64,000 nt of DNA from an uncultured Armatimonadia bacterium (lineage in GTDB: Bacteria; Armatimonadota; Zipacnadia; CAVVLO01), in NCBI GenBank assembly GCA_963749155.1, contig CAVVLO010000003.1, forward strand, positions 512,001 to 576,000, written 5' to 3'. Of this stretch, positions 41,722 to 53,537 are shown in pieces; within the stretch, counting starts at the first letter, position 1, and each line of letters starts with the position of its first letter. The position numbers and the translations under genes were made by a program. The notes beneath the pieces are model-generated. The model was not told where the DNA came from. It made no database searches and worked only from the letters and a program-made list of their open reading frames with translations.

Positions 41722-41860
41722 AAGTATTCCTCCAAGGTGGAGCGTCTACCATTTTGGGGTTTATATGGCCACTGGTCAACTGCTATTATGCAACGCGGCA
41801 GGGGGCTGGCTCAGGCTGGCGAACCTGCGAGGCGCAAGTGAAGCGCAAGTTTAGGAGGCG

Positions 41861-44800
41861 TTGAGTTTGTTGGTGGACAAGAAGATACTTGGCAAGTTGA
41901 AGGATATTGAAGGGCGATATTTCCTTTTGCTGTTTGAGAAGGTTGGCCTGGCCGAGGCTCGTATGGCCGAGACGAAAGACCACTTCCGCACAGTCCCTGG
42001 CCCTGAGGCAGGACTTGAATGGGAGCCGGCCGAGCCGGGCGCCAAATGGGGCGGCGACTGGATTACCGCCTGGTTCGTTGCAGACTATACCGCATCGGTC
42101 GCCGATGAGGGCAAGCCGCTCTTTCTGAAAGGCAATCCCGGCGCCGAGGCGCTGTTCTTCGTAGACGGCGAACCGAACGGCGTCTTCGACCCAAACCATC
42201 CCGTCGTGCGCATCACTGGCAAAGCCGTCGCCGGCAAGACCTACCAGCTCGCGCTGGAAGCCTATGCAGGCCATACCTTCCCCGGCACTCAACCAAACGA
42301 AGTGGCGCGCCCAGTGGGGCGCGATTCCAGGACCTTCGGCGGGATGGAGGTCGGCTTTATCCGCGAGGACATCGCAGGCTTCTGCTTCGACCTGAGGACG
42401 CTCATCCAGCTTGTCGAAGTGCTGGACGGCAACACTCTGCGCCGCAACAAGGTAATGAAAGGGCTCGAGCAAGTTTTCGCAATCGTCGATGCGCTGCCGG
42501 GCGAAGGCAGTGAAGACCACTGGCGGCCCAGGCTGGCCCAGGCCCGCGAGGTTATGAAGCCCCTGCTCGAGAGCGTAAACGGCCCCACCACGCCCTGGAT
42601 GCCCATCATCGGGCACTCTCACATTGACACCGCGTGGCTTTGGACGCTGGCCGAGACCTGGCGCAAGTGCGCGCGCACCTTCAGCTCGATGCTCAACCTG
42701 ATGGACCAGTATCCCGAGTTGCTGTTCATCCAGACCGCGCCCTGCCACGCCGAAAAGATGCTGGAGCTTTATCCCTCCCTCTTCGAGCGGATGAAGGCGA
42801 TGGCGGCCGAGGGGCGCTGGGAGCCCAATGGCGCGATGTGGCTGGAGCCTGATTGCAATATCCCGAGCGGCGAGGCCTTTGCGCGGCAGCTGCTCGTTGG
42901 GCAGCAGTTCACGCGGGAGCATTTCGGCTACACCTCCAACACTTTGTGGCTGCCGGACGTGTTCGGCTATTCGGCCGCGCTGCCTCAGTTGCTGAAGGGC
43001 GCCAAGGTGGACTATTTCTGCACCACCAAGATAGCCTGGAACGACACGACGCGCTTCCCGTACGACACTTTCTGGTGGAAGGGCATTGATGGCACCGAGG
43101 TAGTGGCCCACTACAATGCCATCCATTGCTGGCCCGCGCCTGCCGACCTGACCAACCAGTGGAACTGGGTGCAGCACAAGGACGCACAGGACAGGCGTAT
43201 CTCGTCCTTCGGTTATGGCGATGGCGGAGGCGGGCCAATGGCCGATATGGTCGAGATGGCGCGCCGGTGTCAGGATCTGGAGGGCTGCCCGAAGGCCGTC
43301 TGGAGTCGCGTAGATGACGCCATGAGGGCTATCGAGGCCGACCTCGGCGCGAATCTGCCCACCTGGCAGGGAGAGCTCTACCTCGAAGCGCACCGCGGCA
43401 CGCTGACTTCGGTCGCAGGCATCAAGCGCGGTAACCGGAAGACCGAGTTCGCGCTGAGGGAGACCGAGTTCCTCTCCACGCTGGCGATGCTGGCTGGCGC
43501 TTCCTATCCCCAAGCCGAGTTGCTGGCCCTCTGGAAGACGCTACTGACCAACCAGTTCCATGACATCCTGCCTGGTTCGTCCATCCAGGAAGTAAATGAC
43601 GAAGCAATAGCGACCTTCGCCAGGTGTATTGCCGATGCGCAGGCACTGAGCGCCGAGGCGCTTGCTGCGCTTGGCGCCGGCGAGGGCGAGGCCTTGCTCG
43701 TGGCCAACAGCCTCAGTTGGGAGCGCCAGGGCGAAGTCGAACTCGACCTTGTGCCAGATGGGATGGCGCCGGCTGGCTGCCAGAGCCAATGGGTGCAGGG
43801 CGCTTGCGGTTGCCCGAAGCTGGTCGCGGCTGGGCTCGCAATTCCGGCGCTTGGAACTCAGGTAGTAGAGCTCGTGCCTGCCTCTGAAGGAGGCGCTTCC
43901 GCCTTCCGCGTAACGGAAGAAGAACTCGAGACCCCCTTCGCCGTCCTCAAGTTTGATGAGCAGGGACGTATCGTCTCGCTGGTAGACAAAGCCAGTGGCC
44001 GCCAGGTCGTGAAGAGCGGTGGCGCGCTCAATACTTTCTGGATCGGCGAGGACCTGCCGCAGTCCTGGGACAACTGGGATGTGGACAACGACCAGCTCCT
44101 CAAGATGGAGCAGGACTTCCGCCTCATCAGCCGGCGGGTAGTGGCTGATGGCCCCCTGCAGCTTCGCCTTCGCAGCGAGTATGAACTGGGCGCCGGCTCG
44201 CGCATCACGCAGGATATGGTCTTCCACTCGACCACCCCGCGCGTTGATTTCGACACTGTGGTGGATTGGCATGAGATCCACAAGCTGTTCAAGACGGGCT
44301 TCGAGCTGGCCGTGATGATCGAGAGCGCAAAGCACGAGATCCAGTATGGCCATGTGGACAGGCCGACTCATCGCAACCTGCCGCAGGATATCGCCAGGTT
44401 CGAGGTCTGCGCCCACAAGTGGACGGACCTCTCGGAGGCCGATTTCGGTGTCGCGCTGCTCAATGAGTCGAAGTATGGCATCTCGGTAATCGGCACTGAC
44501 GCGCGCCTCTCGCTCATCAAGAGCGGCACTCATCCCGATCCGCGCGGCGATGAGGGCAGGCACCAGTTCACTTACAGCCTGCTGCCCCACGCGGCCTTCG
44601 GGGTTGAAAACGTGGTGCGCGAGGCCTATGAACTGAATCTGCCGCTGACTGCGGTTAGAGCCGCTCCTGACGCAAAGGCGCTGCCAGGGCTGCTGACTGT
44701 GGATGATCCCAATGTAATCGTCGAAGCCGTGAAACAGGCCGAGTCGGGCGAGGGTTTCATCGTGCGGCTTTATGAGGCTGGAAGAGGCGGCCGGAAGGCG

Positions 44801-44944
44801 AGAATCACCTTTGGCCTTCCCGTAAAGGCCGTGAGCCAGACCAACCTGCTGGAAGAGGAGCCGGAGGCGATCGAGGTCAGTAATAACGCCGTTGAGGTAG
44901 CCTTCGCGCCCTTTGAAGTGAAGACCTTGCACATCACCCTCTAG
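41861..44944 (+). CDS. GH38 alpha-mannosidase
   Basis: GHSHIDTAWLW, WLPDVFGYS, GYGDGGGG, YLEAHRGT, NQFHDILPGSSI. Confidence 0.97.
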   Translation: MSLLVDKKILGKLKDIEGRYFLLLFEKVGLAEARMAETKDHFRTVPGPEAGLEWEPAEPGAKWGGDWITAWFVADYTASVADEGKPLFLKGNPGAEALFFVDGEPNGVFDPNHPVVRITGKAVAGKTYQLALEAYAGHTFPGTQPNEVARPVGRDSRTFGGMEVGFIREDIAGFCFDLRTLIQLVEVLDGNTLRRNKVMKGLEQVFAIVDALPGEGSEDHWRPRLAQAREVMKPLLESVNGPTTPWMPIIGHSHIDTAWLWTLAETWRKCARTFSSMLNLMDQYPELLFIQTAPCHAEKMLELYPSLFERMKAMAAEGRWEPNGAMWLEPDCNIPSGEAFARQLLVGQQFTREHFGYTSNTLWLPDVFGYSAALPQLLKGAKVDYFCTTKIAWNDTTRFPYDTFWWKGIDGTEVVAHYNAIHCWPAPADLTNQWNWVQHKDAQDRRISSFGYGDGGGGPMADMVEMARRCQDLEGCPKAVWSRVDDAMRAIEADLGANLPTWQGELYLEAHRGTLTSVAGIKRGNRKTEFALRETEFLSTLAMLAGASYPQAELLALWKTLLTNQFHDILPGSSIQEVNDEAIATFARCIADAQALSAEALAALGAGEGEALLVANSLSWERQGEVELDLVPDGMAPAGCQSQWVQGACGCPKLVAAGLAIPALGTQVVELVPASEGGASAFRVTEEELETPFAVLKFDEQGRIVSLVDKASGRQVVKSGGALNTFWIGEDLPQSWDNWDVDNDQLLKMEQDFRLISRRVVADGPLQLRLRSEYELGAGSRITQDMVFHSTTPRVDFDTVVDWHEIHKLFKTGFELAVMIESAKHEIQYGHVDRPTHRNLPQDIARFEVCAHKWTDLSEADFGVALLNESKYGISVIGTDARLSLIKSGTHPDPRGDEGRHQFTYSLLPHAAFGVENVVREAYELNLPLTAVRAAPDAKALPGLLTVDDPNVIVEAVKQAESGEGFIVRLYEAGRGGRKARITFGLPVKAVSQTNLLEEEPEAIEVSNNAVEVAFAPFEVKTLHITL

Positions 44945-44968
44945 GCAGGACGCATCCAAAAGGCGTAA

Positions 44969-44998
44969 AAGGGCCTCCGGAGCCATCCGGAGGCCCTT
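44969..44998. terminator. Bidirectional hairpin terminator
   Basis: AAGGGCCTCCGGA-gcca-TCCGGAGGCCCTT. Confidence 0.75.
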
Positions 44999-45009
44999 CT
45001 AGTTGAGAG

Positions 45010-47728
45010 TTATAACTGGCATAAGTCGCGTCGGCGACGGATAGCCTTTTCGACCTCGATGATGAGGAAGGTTAATAACGCAGCCACTGTCACGTGTCCC
45101 CAAACAGAAAGAGGCATACTACCTGTCTTGAAGACAGCCTGTAAGGCAGGGAGTTGGGTTACGGCAATCTGGGCGCCCACCATTAGTAGCACACCAAGCC
45201 AGGTCCATGGATTAGAGAAGAATCCCACCTTTTGCGGTAGCGCGCATAGAGAGCGGCAATTAAAGAGATACATAGTCTGGATAAAGACTATCGTGTTGAC
45301 GGTCGCAGATCGCCGAGCCTCAAGGCTTAGTCCATTAAGGCCTTCCCACCAGAACAGCAAATAGGACAACACCAGCATCATGACAGATACCAACAGAGTC
45401 CTGAACAAGAGCTGCGTATTGAGAATAGGTTCCTTGGGAGACCTGGGAGGACGCGACATCAAGCCTTGCTCCTTGGGCTCGAAGGCAAGCGTCATTCCGA
45501 GTAAAACGGCAGTACTCATGTTTATCCACAACACCTGAACCGGCAGTATGGGGAGTTGTGAAAGCCCAACCACCACTGCCACCGCCGTAATGAGGCCTTC
45601 GCCCCCATTAGTTGCAAGAGTCCAGGTAATGAACTTGCGCAGGTTCTCGTAAACACCGCGGCCTTCCTCAATCGCGGCGGCAATTGTGGCAAAGTTGTCA
45701 TCGGTGAGGATGGCGTCAGAGGCCTCTCGTGCGGCTTCCGTGCCCTGAAGACCCATTGCAATGCCGACATCGGCTTGCTTGAGTGCTGGAGCATCATTCA
45801 CCCCATCGCCGGTCATCGCAACGATGTGACCGCTGGCCTGAAGAGCGCGCACCAGACTTAGCTTCTGCTCAGGCGCAACGCGCGCAAAAACAGCCACTTT
45901 ATCAGCGAGCTCCGGCAGCTCTTCTTCTGAAGTAGCCATGACCTCGACACCTGTCATAACCTGCAGGCTTTCCCCATCACGACTCAAGCCACAAGCCTCG
46001 GCAATAGCCCTGGCAGTCAGAGGATGGTCGCCAGTTATCATCTTGACCTTGATTCCAGCGCGATGGCAGTCTTTTATAGCTTCGATCGCTTCTTCACGGG
46101 GCGGATCAATCATCCCTACCAGCCCAAGAAGCATCAAGCCAGTCTTCAAGTGAGAGTGATCAAGTTCGTCCTGATCCGAGTCGGCATAACTGCTGGCACA
46201 GACCAGAACTCGCAAGCCTTTGGAAGCCATCTCTTCGGCCTGGTTTCGCCACCAGTCAGGATCTATCTGATCCAGAGTGCCTTCACTGTCCATCTCGGAA
46301 TTACACAGCCCAAGCACTCTCTCGACCGAGCCCTTGACGAATATGCGCCGCCCGCCATCGCCAGGCAATTCGTGCAGTGTCGCCATATACTGGCGCTCTG
46401 ATTCAAAGGGGATGGTATCAATCAAGGTAGTTTCGCTGATGAAAGCGCGAGCGCGAGGCTCTACCTTGAAGCCCAGTGTTCTAAGGGCGCCTTCGGTTGG
46501 GTCACCTTCAATCTCCCAATGACCTTCCTTCTCCACAAGGCGCGCTTCATTACATAACAAGCCGCAAGATATCAACTCGCGCAGGGCTTTTGAGTCACGA
46601 ACGCTTATGTCTGAACCGTCTTTTTGCAGTGTCCCTTCGGGTGCATAACCGCTCCCTGTAACCTCATAACTGGTGCGCGAGGCGACTAGAGTTACTGCGG
46701 TCATCTCGTTGCGTGTCAGAGTGCCTGTCTTGTCAGAACAGATAACTGTAATGCTGCCCGTGGCTTCGACTGCGGGCAGCCGGCGGATTACAGCCTTACG
46801 CCTGGCCATCTTGGTGACACCAAGGGCCAAAATGATGGTGACAGCTGCCGGGCAGGCCCTCGGGGATAACTGCCACTGTCATCGCAACTACAGCCAGGAA
46901 CATCTCTGCGGGCTGATGGCCCTGGATTATGCCAAAGCCGAAGGTGAGCAAGCCAAACAGGAGGATCGCCTTGGTCAGTTTTATACTGAAGGCCGAGAGT
47001 TTGCGTGTAAGAGGTGTCTCAAGTTGAACCGCTGTTTTTATGAGGTGGGATATTCGACCAAGCTCAGTTGCGTTGCCTGTTCCAATTACCACTCCAAAGC
47101 CTTGGCCATAAGTGACCAGTGTGCCTGAATATGCCATATTATTACGATCGGCTAGTCCTGTAGCTTCTTCAAGCGGTTCTGTCCGCTTCTGCGATGGCAC
47201 CGATTCACCAGTAAGAGTAGATTCGTTGATCTGGAGCTCCTTGACTCGAATCAAGCGCAGATCGGCAGGCACCCGGTCACCGCTGGCTAACTGGATTATG
47301 TCTCCAGGAACAATCTGACTGGAATCGATTTGCATCAACTCGGCTTCCCGCAATACCCGGCTTGTGACTTTTACCAGCTTGCCAAGGGCATCAATAGCTC
47401 CCTGAGCCCGAGCTTCCTGGATGTACCCAACAATCGCATTCACGAGCACAACGCTGAGTATGACCAGCACTTCTGGCAAGTTGTGGGGCATAGTGGCTGT
47501 TAGTGCAGCCGCAGCCAGCAGGATGTAGACAAGTGGATTATGGAACTGCAGTATAAATCGAATATAGGGTGAGACAGCAGCCTTCCCCTCTACAATATTT
47601 GGGCCTGCGATTGCAAAGCGATGTGCAACTTCAACCTCATCGAGGCCATTGACAGCATCACTTTCCAAGGATTCAAGTACTTTGTCAGTTGTGAAGGCAT
47701 GCCATTCCTGTAGTTCTTTCCAGGCCAT
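45010..47728 (-). CDS. P-type IIA cation-transporting ATPase (frameshift near 46850)
   Basis: LTGES, IPEGLP, DKTGTLT, ITGDH, TGDGVNDAPALK. Confidence 0.95.
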
Positions 47729-47838
47729 TCGTGAGATTACCTCCCCCTCGTGTGGTCTGCAAACAGCCAAGTATAACCTAGAGCAACACTGGAGTTCTGC
47801 CGGGCCTAATCTACAGGCACTGCCTGGCTACTCAACCT

Positions 47839-49358
47839 CTATTCTCTCGGTCCGAGATCGCGCAGGTCTTTGGTCGGCGGCCGGTAGTAGATAGGGAGGC
47901 GGGCCACCAGGGCATCTACCCCCAGATAGAAGCCTGTCGACTCAGCGCTCTTCCCCGTGCACTCGAAACGCAGCGTATGCGGCCCGGCGGCAAGCTCGCG
48001 GTAACCGAGTTTGTGGTCCTGGACTACTGTAGAGGGATCATATACGTCCCATACGCCGACTTCTTCGCCATCAAGCAGCACCCGCCACTTGCCATAATCG
48101 TAGGAATGGACCACCGCAAGACGAGGCTCGCCCTCGAAGGCCTCCTCCAGCGTAAAGGGCAATTCCAGGAAAGCCCCTTCCGCCTGGCCCCGGAAGAAGA
48201 GCTGCGCCCCTCCGCTGCAGATGCCAAGCTGCTGAACGACCAGGTCGCCTTCGGAGTGCTGCGCCGCCTCGAAACTGCTTTCCGCCTCGAAAAGGGCGCG
48301 CTCGGTGAAGGGCAACCGCTCCGCTGCCGTCGGCAGCGCGGGCCAGGGCTTGTGAGGCTCGCTCTGGTACCAGTAGGCGACACTGCTCATCAGGTCGTCG
48401 CGCTCGATGTGGCCCGAGACCTCACCGCTTGGATGCGCATACCAGCCACGATGCTCGATTGTCACGCGCAGCGACTTGGTGAAGTTTACCGGATCGGCGA
48501 TATGCCAGCGATAGGCGCTGCCCCGGTCGCCCGCCTCATAGCCTTCCCACACGGGCGTGCCATAATACGGGCCATCCTGCACGCGGAAGCCCCAGGCATC
48601 GCAGAAGTAGTCTTCCGTGCCTGTACCCTTGAGCCGGGCGTCCTCTTCCCCATCGATGAAGAAGGCGTCATCGCCCTCCCCATACCATTCGCCGGACATC
48701 AGATAGACACTTTGCACAGTGCCTACGTAATGGCCCTTGCCCCGGATATCGGCAAGCTCGTAGTCCCGCTGCATCACGCAGGGATACTCCTGCCTGTACA
48801 TCGCGTGGAAGTAATAGCTGTCGGGCGGCAGCTCATCAAGCTTCTGCCAGTCCACATAGTAATAGAAGGCGCGACAGGGCTCGGAAGACTCGTTGGTGAC
48901 CTCGATGCGCGCCGACTTGGCGAAGGGCATCGGCCAATAGCAGTTGCGCGCCCGGCCATCGGAGCTGACCTTCACCGGAAGCGAGGTAAAGGCGACGTCC
49001 ATCCCGTTGCCGATACCGAAGAAATCGCCAATTGGACACTCTACACTCGGATGCTTTTCGCCGTCCCACCAGATACGCAGCACCATCTGGCGCGAGTAGA
49101 AACGCGCCGGGTGGTTGATGGTGGTCCATATATGCGTGATCTTGCCCGGTCCTTTCAGGTCGGCCAGGACCAGCGTTGAGCCTGGGTCCATCCACCTGCA
49201 GTCGGCGTTGCCCCCGGTCGGGTCGAAGGACGATTCGCGCATCGTATCGCCGGGCTTGGCGCGTTCAAGCCCCCCAGGGGGTCGCCCAGCGGGCCATCGG
49301 CAGAAGCAAGCAGGGCGAAAAGCAGCAGCAGGAGAATCAGAGGGAGCAAGCTGGGCAT
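47839..49358 (-). CDS. Secreted GH172 (DUF2961) glycosidase with C-terminal jelly-roll domain (frameshift near 49265)
   Basis: GPGKITHIWTT, NCYWPMPF, WYGEGDD, GTGTEDYF, SSVAYWYQ; signal peptide MPSLLPLILLLLL in adjacent frame. Confidence 0.9.
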
Positions 49359-49426
49359 AAGGCATCGCCTCCTGAACTCTGGGACTGCCTTCTTGTTCGC
49401 CGGCCTGGAGGGCTCTCCTGCAAAAC

Positions 49427-49459
49427 AAAAGGCCCCCGGTACTTGCCGGAGGCCCTTTG
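49427..49459 (-). terminator. Terminator-like hairpin between the GH172 paralogs
   Basis: AAAAGGCCCCCGG..CCGGAGGCCCTTT, T-run on the minus strand. Confidence 0.55.
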
Positions 49460-49480
49460 GACACTCTTTTGCCTGAATTT

Positions 49481-51005
49481 CTACTTGGCTTGCAGGTCGC
49501 GCAAGTCCACGCTCGGGTCGCGAGAATAGACCGGCTCGCGCAACAGGATGACGTCGAAGCCCAGGAAATAGCCCCGCGAGTCGAGATTCTTGCCCACGCA
49601 CTCGAAGCGCAAAGTGTGCTGCCCAGCCGTTAGCGTCTGCAAGGGCAGCCTGTGCTCGTCCTTAACCACATTTTCACTGTACAGATCCCAATTTCCAAGT
49701 GGCTTGCCATCCAGCAGGGCGCGATATTTGCCGTAGTCCCAGGATTTGACCATCTGGATGACTGGCTGGCCTTTTATCTCCTCGGGCAGGTTGAAGGTGA
49801 CCTCAACCCAGGCGTCCTGGTCGGTCGGGTTGAAGAAAAGCTGCTTGCCGCCGCTCATCTCGCCCAGGTCCTGGGTTGTGAGCACATGCTCGGAATGAGT
49901 GGCGCCCTCGACCAGGCTCTCCCCCTCCACCAGCGCGCGTTCGGTAAAGGGCAACCGGTCCTTGCCCGGCGGGCAGCGCGGGCCAGGGCTTATGAGGCTC
50001 GGTCTGATACCAGTAGGCGACGCTGCTCATCAGGTCGTCGCGCTCGATAAAGCCGCTAAAAGTGCCATCGGGGAAGCTCTGCGAGCCCCAGTCCTCGATC
50101 TCGACACGCAGAGACTTCTCGAAAGCCACCGTATCAGCGATATGCCAGCGATAGGAAGTGCCTCTGTCTCCGGTGTCAAAGCCTTCCCATACGGGCGTGC
50201 CATAATAGGGCCCGTCCTGTTCGCGGAAACCCCAGGCATCGCAGAAATAGTCCTCGGTGCCAGTGCCGCGCAGGCTTGGTTCAGCCTCCCCATCGATGAA
50301 GAAGAAGTCATCTCCCTCTCCATACCAGCCGGGGGAGGTGTGATAGACGCTTTGCACCGTGCCAACATAATGCCCCTTGCCCCGGATATCGGCCAGGAGA
50401 TAGTCGCGTCCCATAATCGTGGGGTATTCCTGGCGATACATCGCATGGAAGTAAGGCGTGCCCTTGGGCAGGCTGGGCAGTTTCTGCCAGTCTACATACC
50501 AGAAGAGTGCCTGGCAGGGTTCATCGCAGTCGTTGGATACTTCGATACGCGCAGACTTCGCAAAAGGCATCGGCCAATAGCAGTTTCTCGCGCGCCCATC
50601 CGAGCTGACCTTCACCGGCAGCGAGACGAAGGGGACGTCCATCCCGTGGCCGATGACGAAGAAATCACCAATCGGCGCCTCGACACTGGGATTCTTTTCC
50701 CCATCCCACCAGATGCGCAAGGTCATCTGCCTCGGGTGGAAACGCGCCGGATGCATAATAGTGAACCAGATATGCGTGATGCGGCCTGGGCCTTCGAGTT
50801 CGGCGATTGTAAGACTCGAATTAGGCCCGATGCCCCTGGCGTCTCCGTTGCTGTGGTACCAGCCAGGATCTGATGAAGACGAACGCAGCGTCTTGAAGTC
50901 TTTGGGCGCATCCAGTCCTTGAAGCGGGTTGCCCGTCAGCGCCTGCGGCAGCGCCAGCGCCGCGAAAGTCAGAAGCAACAAGGCAGTAATCAAGGCAGTT
51001 CTCAT
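49481..51005 (-). CDS. Secreted GH172 (DUF2961) glycosidase, paralog (frameshift near 49965)
   Basis: Same motifs; C-terminal domain continues in ORF 49481..49954. Confidence 0.9.
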
Positions 51006-51032
51006 TTTTGGCTCCTCCCTTGAAGAAACAAT

Positions 51033-53399
51033 CTACTTCCCAACTGTAACTGTGACCGGCGCCTCTGGAATCAGGCCGACCTCGAACCGGGCGAAGTCGC
51101 CCTCGATTTGCACAGTAATCGGTTTCCCGTCCACCAGCACTGTTACCTGCTTGCCGACAAAGGAGGCAGGCAAGCGCAAGGTGACCTGATACAGACCTTC
51201 TCCCACGAGACTCACTTTGGTAGAACTCTCATCCCAGCGCCCCGAGACTGTCACTCCGTTGCCAGTGCGAAGCCGCTTGAAGCTCACGCCGCGCTCCCGG
51301 TAAGAGGCAGGCAGGTCTACGAACAGGCGCAGACTGTCATCCCAGATAGACCCACTGACCAGTTGCCCCGCCAGGGCAGCCAGGTAGGCGCCGTGGGCGC
51401 TGGTATAAGGGCCAATCCCCTCCAGCGGGCCGCCGGGGATTATCTCGCAGAACTGTGCAGGGCCGTAGATATGCCTCATACCGCCCTGCATCTCGTCTTC
51501 GGCGACTTCCTGCTGGGCCATATCGAGGCGCATATCCGAGAGCGCCGACCAGAAATAGCACCAGGGCTGCTCGGTGCCATATTCTTCAATCCAGCTTTGC
51601 ACCGCCCGGTTGCGGCGGAAGACGTCCAAATCGACGAGAGGCGCCGCTTCGGTCGGATAGAGCAACATCGAGAGCCACATCCCAGGCCGGGGCACATGGC
51701 GCGACTGGTTGTAACCCTGGGGGCCTTGTTCAAGCTGGAGCTTCGCCACGATCTCGCGCCAGTGGGCTACTTCAGCGGCGTCCAGTCCCAGTTGCTCCGC
51801 ATAATCGGCTGTCTTGGTCAGGATGACCGCGAACCAGGCGGTGGAGTAAGTCTCGTTGCTCTCCTCCACCTGATTGGCATCGAGGCCCGCCGTGCCGCCG
51901 ATGTAATGGTCGCCCTCTTTGACGAATTTTTCGGCGGCGAGATAGGTCGCAACTTTGCGCAGCAGGGGGTAGCTGGTCGAAGCGAGGAAGGCTTCATCTT
52001 TGGTGGTCTCATAGTATCTGATAGCCGTCATCGCGTGCGAGGCGTTGACCATAAACCCGCTGTCGCCCCATTTGGGATTCATCCCCTGGGTGCCGTCGTG
52101 GCGCGTGATCCAGTGGAAGGAGCGCCCTTCAGGAGCGACGACCTTGGCAAGCCAGGTGATGACCCGGCGCACGGGGGCAAGCTGGCCTGCGGCGATGAGG
52201 CCATCGGCGGCGAAGTCGAGATCCCAGAAAGTGCCCCCGCCCCAGCATTCGGGATGGAACATCAGAAACTGCAGTGGCATACCTGTCTCGAAGCTTGTGC
52301 CACAGCGGAAGAGATAGAGGCTGCTGGTCCACATCAGCTCTCGCAGGGCATCGCCAACGTGAACCTCGCCAGCCTGACTCCAGTAGGTGGCCCAGTCGCC
52401 CTGGTGGGTCGCTAGCAAGCCATCGAAGCCTTGCTTGAAGAGTGCATCGAAGGCGGCCTGGACGGCTTCGGGAGTGACTTCGCCGAAGTTTGGGTTGCCG
52501 ATGAAGAAGACGACATCTCGGTGGACCGGCGTCGCGGTGACCTCAAGGCGCAGCTCCAGCTCGAGCCGGCTTTCACTGGCGGAGGGCCGGCAGTGTCCAG
52601 CACAGGCGAGGCCGTAAGCCAGTTGGTACTCTTCGTAAGCCTTGGTCGCGCCAGTTGTGAGCGCGCGGCCAGTCAGCAGCGCCCAGCGATCGCCAGTCTC
52701 CTGCGTCGTGACTTCATCCAGGATTGGCGCCCCGCCACTGCGCTCGCGCAGGTGGACGTTCAGCCTCGGCCAGAGGCGCGCCCGATGCGGCTTGCCGTCG
52801 GTTGAGACGAGGGAGAAACGCGCATAGACCGACTGACCTTGCTGCGGCGCAAAGACGGTAATAGTCAGCGCAACGCCCGACTTAAGTTCAAGCGTCGTGG
52901 CTACCTTGGCCCTGGCGAAATCTGTCACCCGGCGCCATTGCTTCACCTGGCCCTCAAGCTGCGTCGGATGGAAACGCTGGCCGTCCACTTCGATTTCATA
53001 GTCCGGCCAGCCCAGCGGGAAAAGGTTGAACGTCTCGGTGTTCGGCCCCAGTACCCCGCCAAGCAGTCTCTCGCCGAAGAAGTAGAGATCATCTGTATGC
53101 CAGTAATCGGGCTTGCTATATGCGGCAGTGCTGGCAAGCCTGCAGTCCAGGCTCTGAAGGCCCGAGGCGTCGACCGCCATACCCAGATAACCGGTGCCCA
53201 CATAAGCGGGCAGGATGCGGTCAGGCAGAAAATCGGAAGCTTCAACCACCTGGCTTGCCGTGTAATCGACAACTGCCGAGTCGGCGAACAATCCGCGTTC
53301 GCCCTGATGCAGTAAACTCATTGAGACTCCCTCTCTTGCTTGCGCCAGTGCGGCTGAAAGCAAGCCTAGAGTAATCAGGATTAGTGTGAGGCGAGGCAT
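51033..53399 (-). CDS. Secreted GH65-like (alpha/alpha)6 glycoside hydrolase/phosphorylase
   Basis: Signal peptide; AYVGTGYLG; HQGDWATYW; GGGTFWD. Confidence 0.7.
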   Translation of the reverse strand: MPRLTLILITLGLLSAALAQAREGVSMSLLHQGERGLFADSAVVDYTASQVVEASDFLPDRILPAYVGTGYLGMAVDASGLQSLDCRLASTAAYSKPDYWHTDDLYFFGERLLGGVLGPNTETFNLFPLGWPDYEIEVDGQRFHPTQLEGQVKQWRRVTDFARAKVATTLELKSGVALTITVFAPQQGQSVYARFSLVSTDGKPHRARLWPRLNVHLRERSGGAPILDEVTTQETGDRWALLTGRALTTGATKAYEEYQLAYGLACAGHCRPSASESRLELELRLEVTATPVHRDVVFFIGNPNFGEVTPEAVQAAFDALFKQGFDGLLATHQGDWATYWSQAGEVHVGDALRELMWTSSLYLFRCGTSFETGMPLQFLMFHPECWGGGTFWDLDFAADGLIAAGQLAPVRRVITWLAKVVAPEGRSFHWITRHDGTQGMNPKWGDSGFMVNASHAMTAIRYYETTKDEAFLASTSYPLLRKVATYLAAEKFVKEGDHYIGGTAGLDANQVEESNETYSTAWFAVILTKTADYAEQLGLDAAEVAHWREIVAKLQLEQGPQGYNQSRHVPRPGMWLSMLLYPTEAAPLVDLDVFRRNRAVQSWIEEYGTEQPWCYFWSALSDMRLDMAQQEVAEDEMQGGMRHIYGPAQFCEIIPGGPLEGIGPYTSAHGAYLAALAGQLVSGSIWDDSLRLFVDLPASYRERGVSFKRLRTGNGVTVSGRWDESSTKVSLVGEGLYQVTLRLPASFVGKQVTVLVDGKPITVQIEGDFARFEVGLIPEAPVTVTVGK

Positions 53400-53537
53400 A
53401 AAGACGCTCCTTATACAGGCTAGGGCACTAGGTTTCGGGCTAGGTGACGGCTTCCCTGCCCGGCCCTTGCCCAAAGCCTTCGGGATGGTACAATACCCGC
53501 GCAGCAAGCACTCACTTTAGGTACAGGGGGAAGCCCG

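Noticed and set aside
45010..47728. AT-richer P-type ATPase as a mobile element
   Set aside because: Composition hints at foreign origin, but no transposase, integrase or flanking repeats are visible
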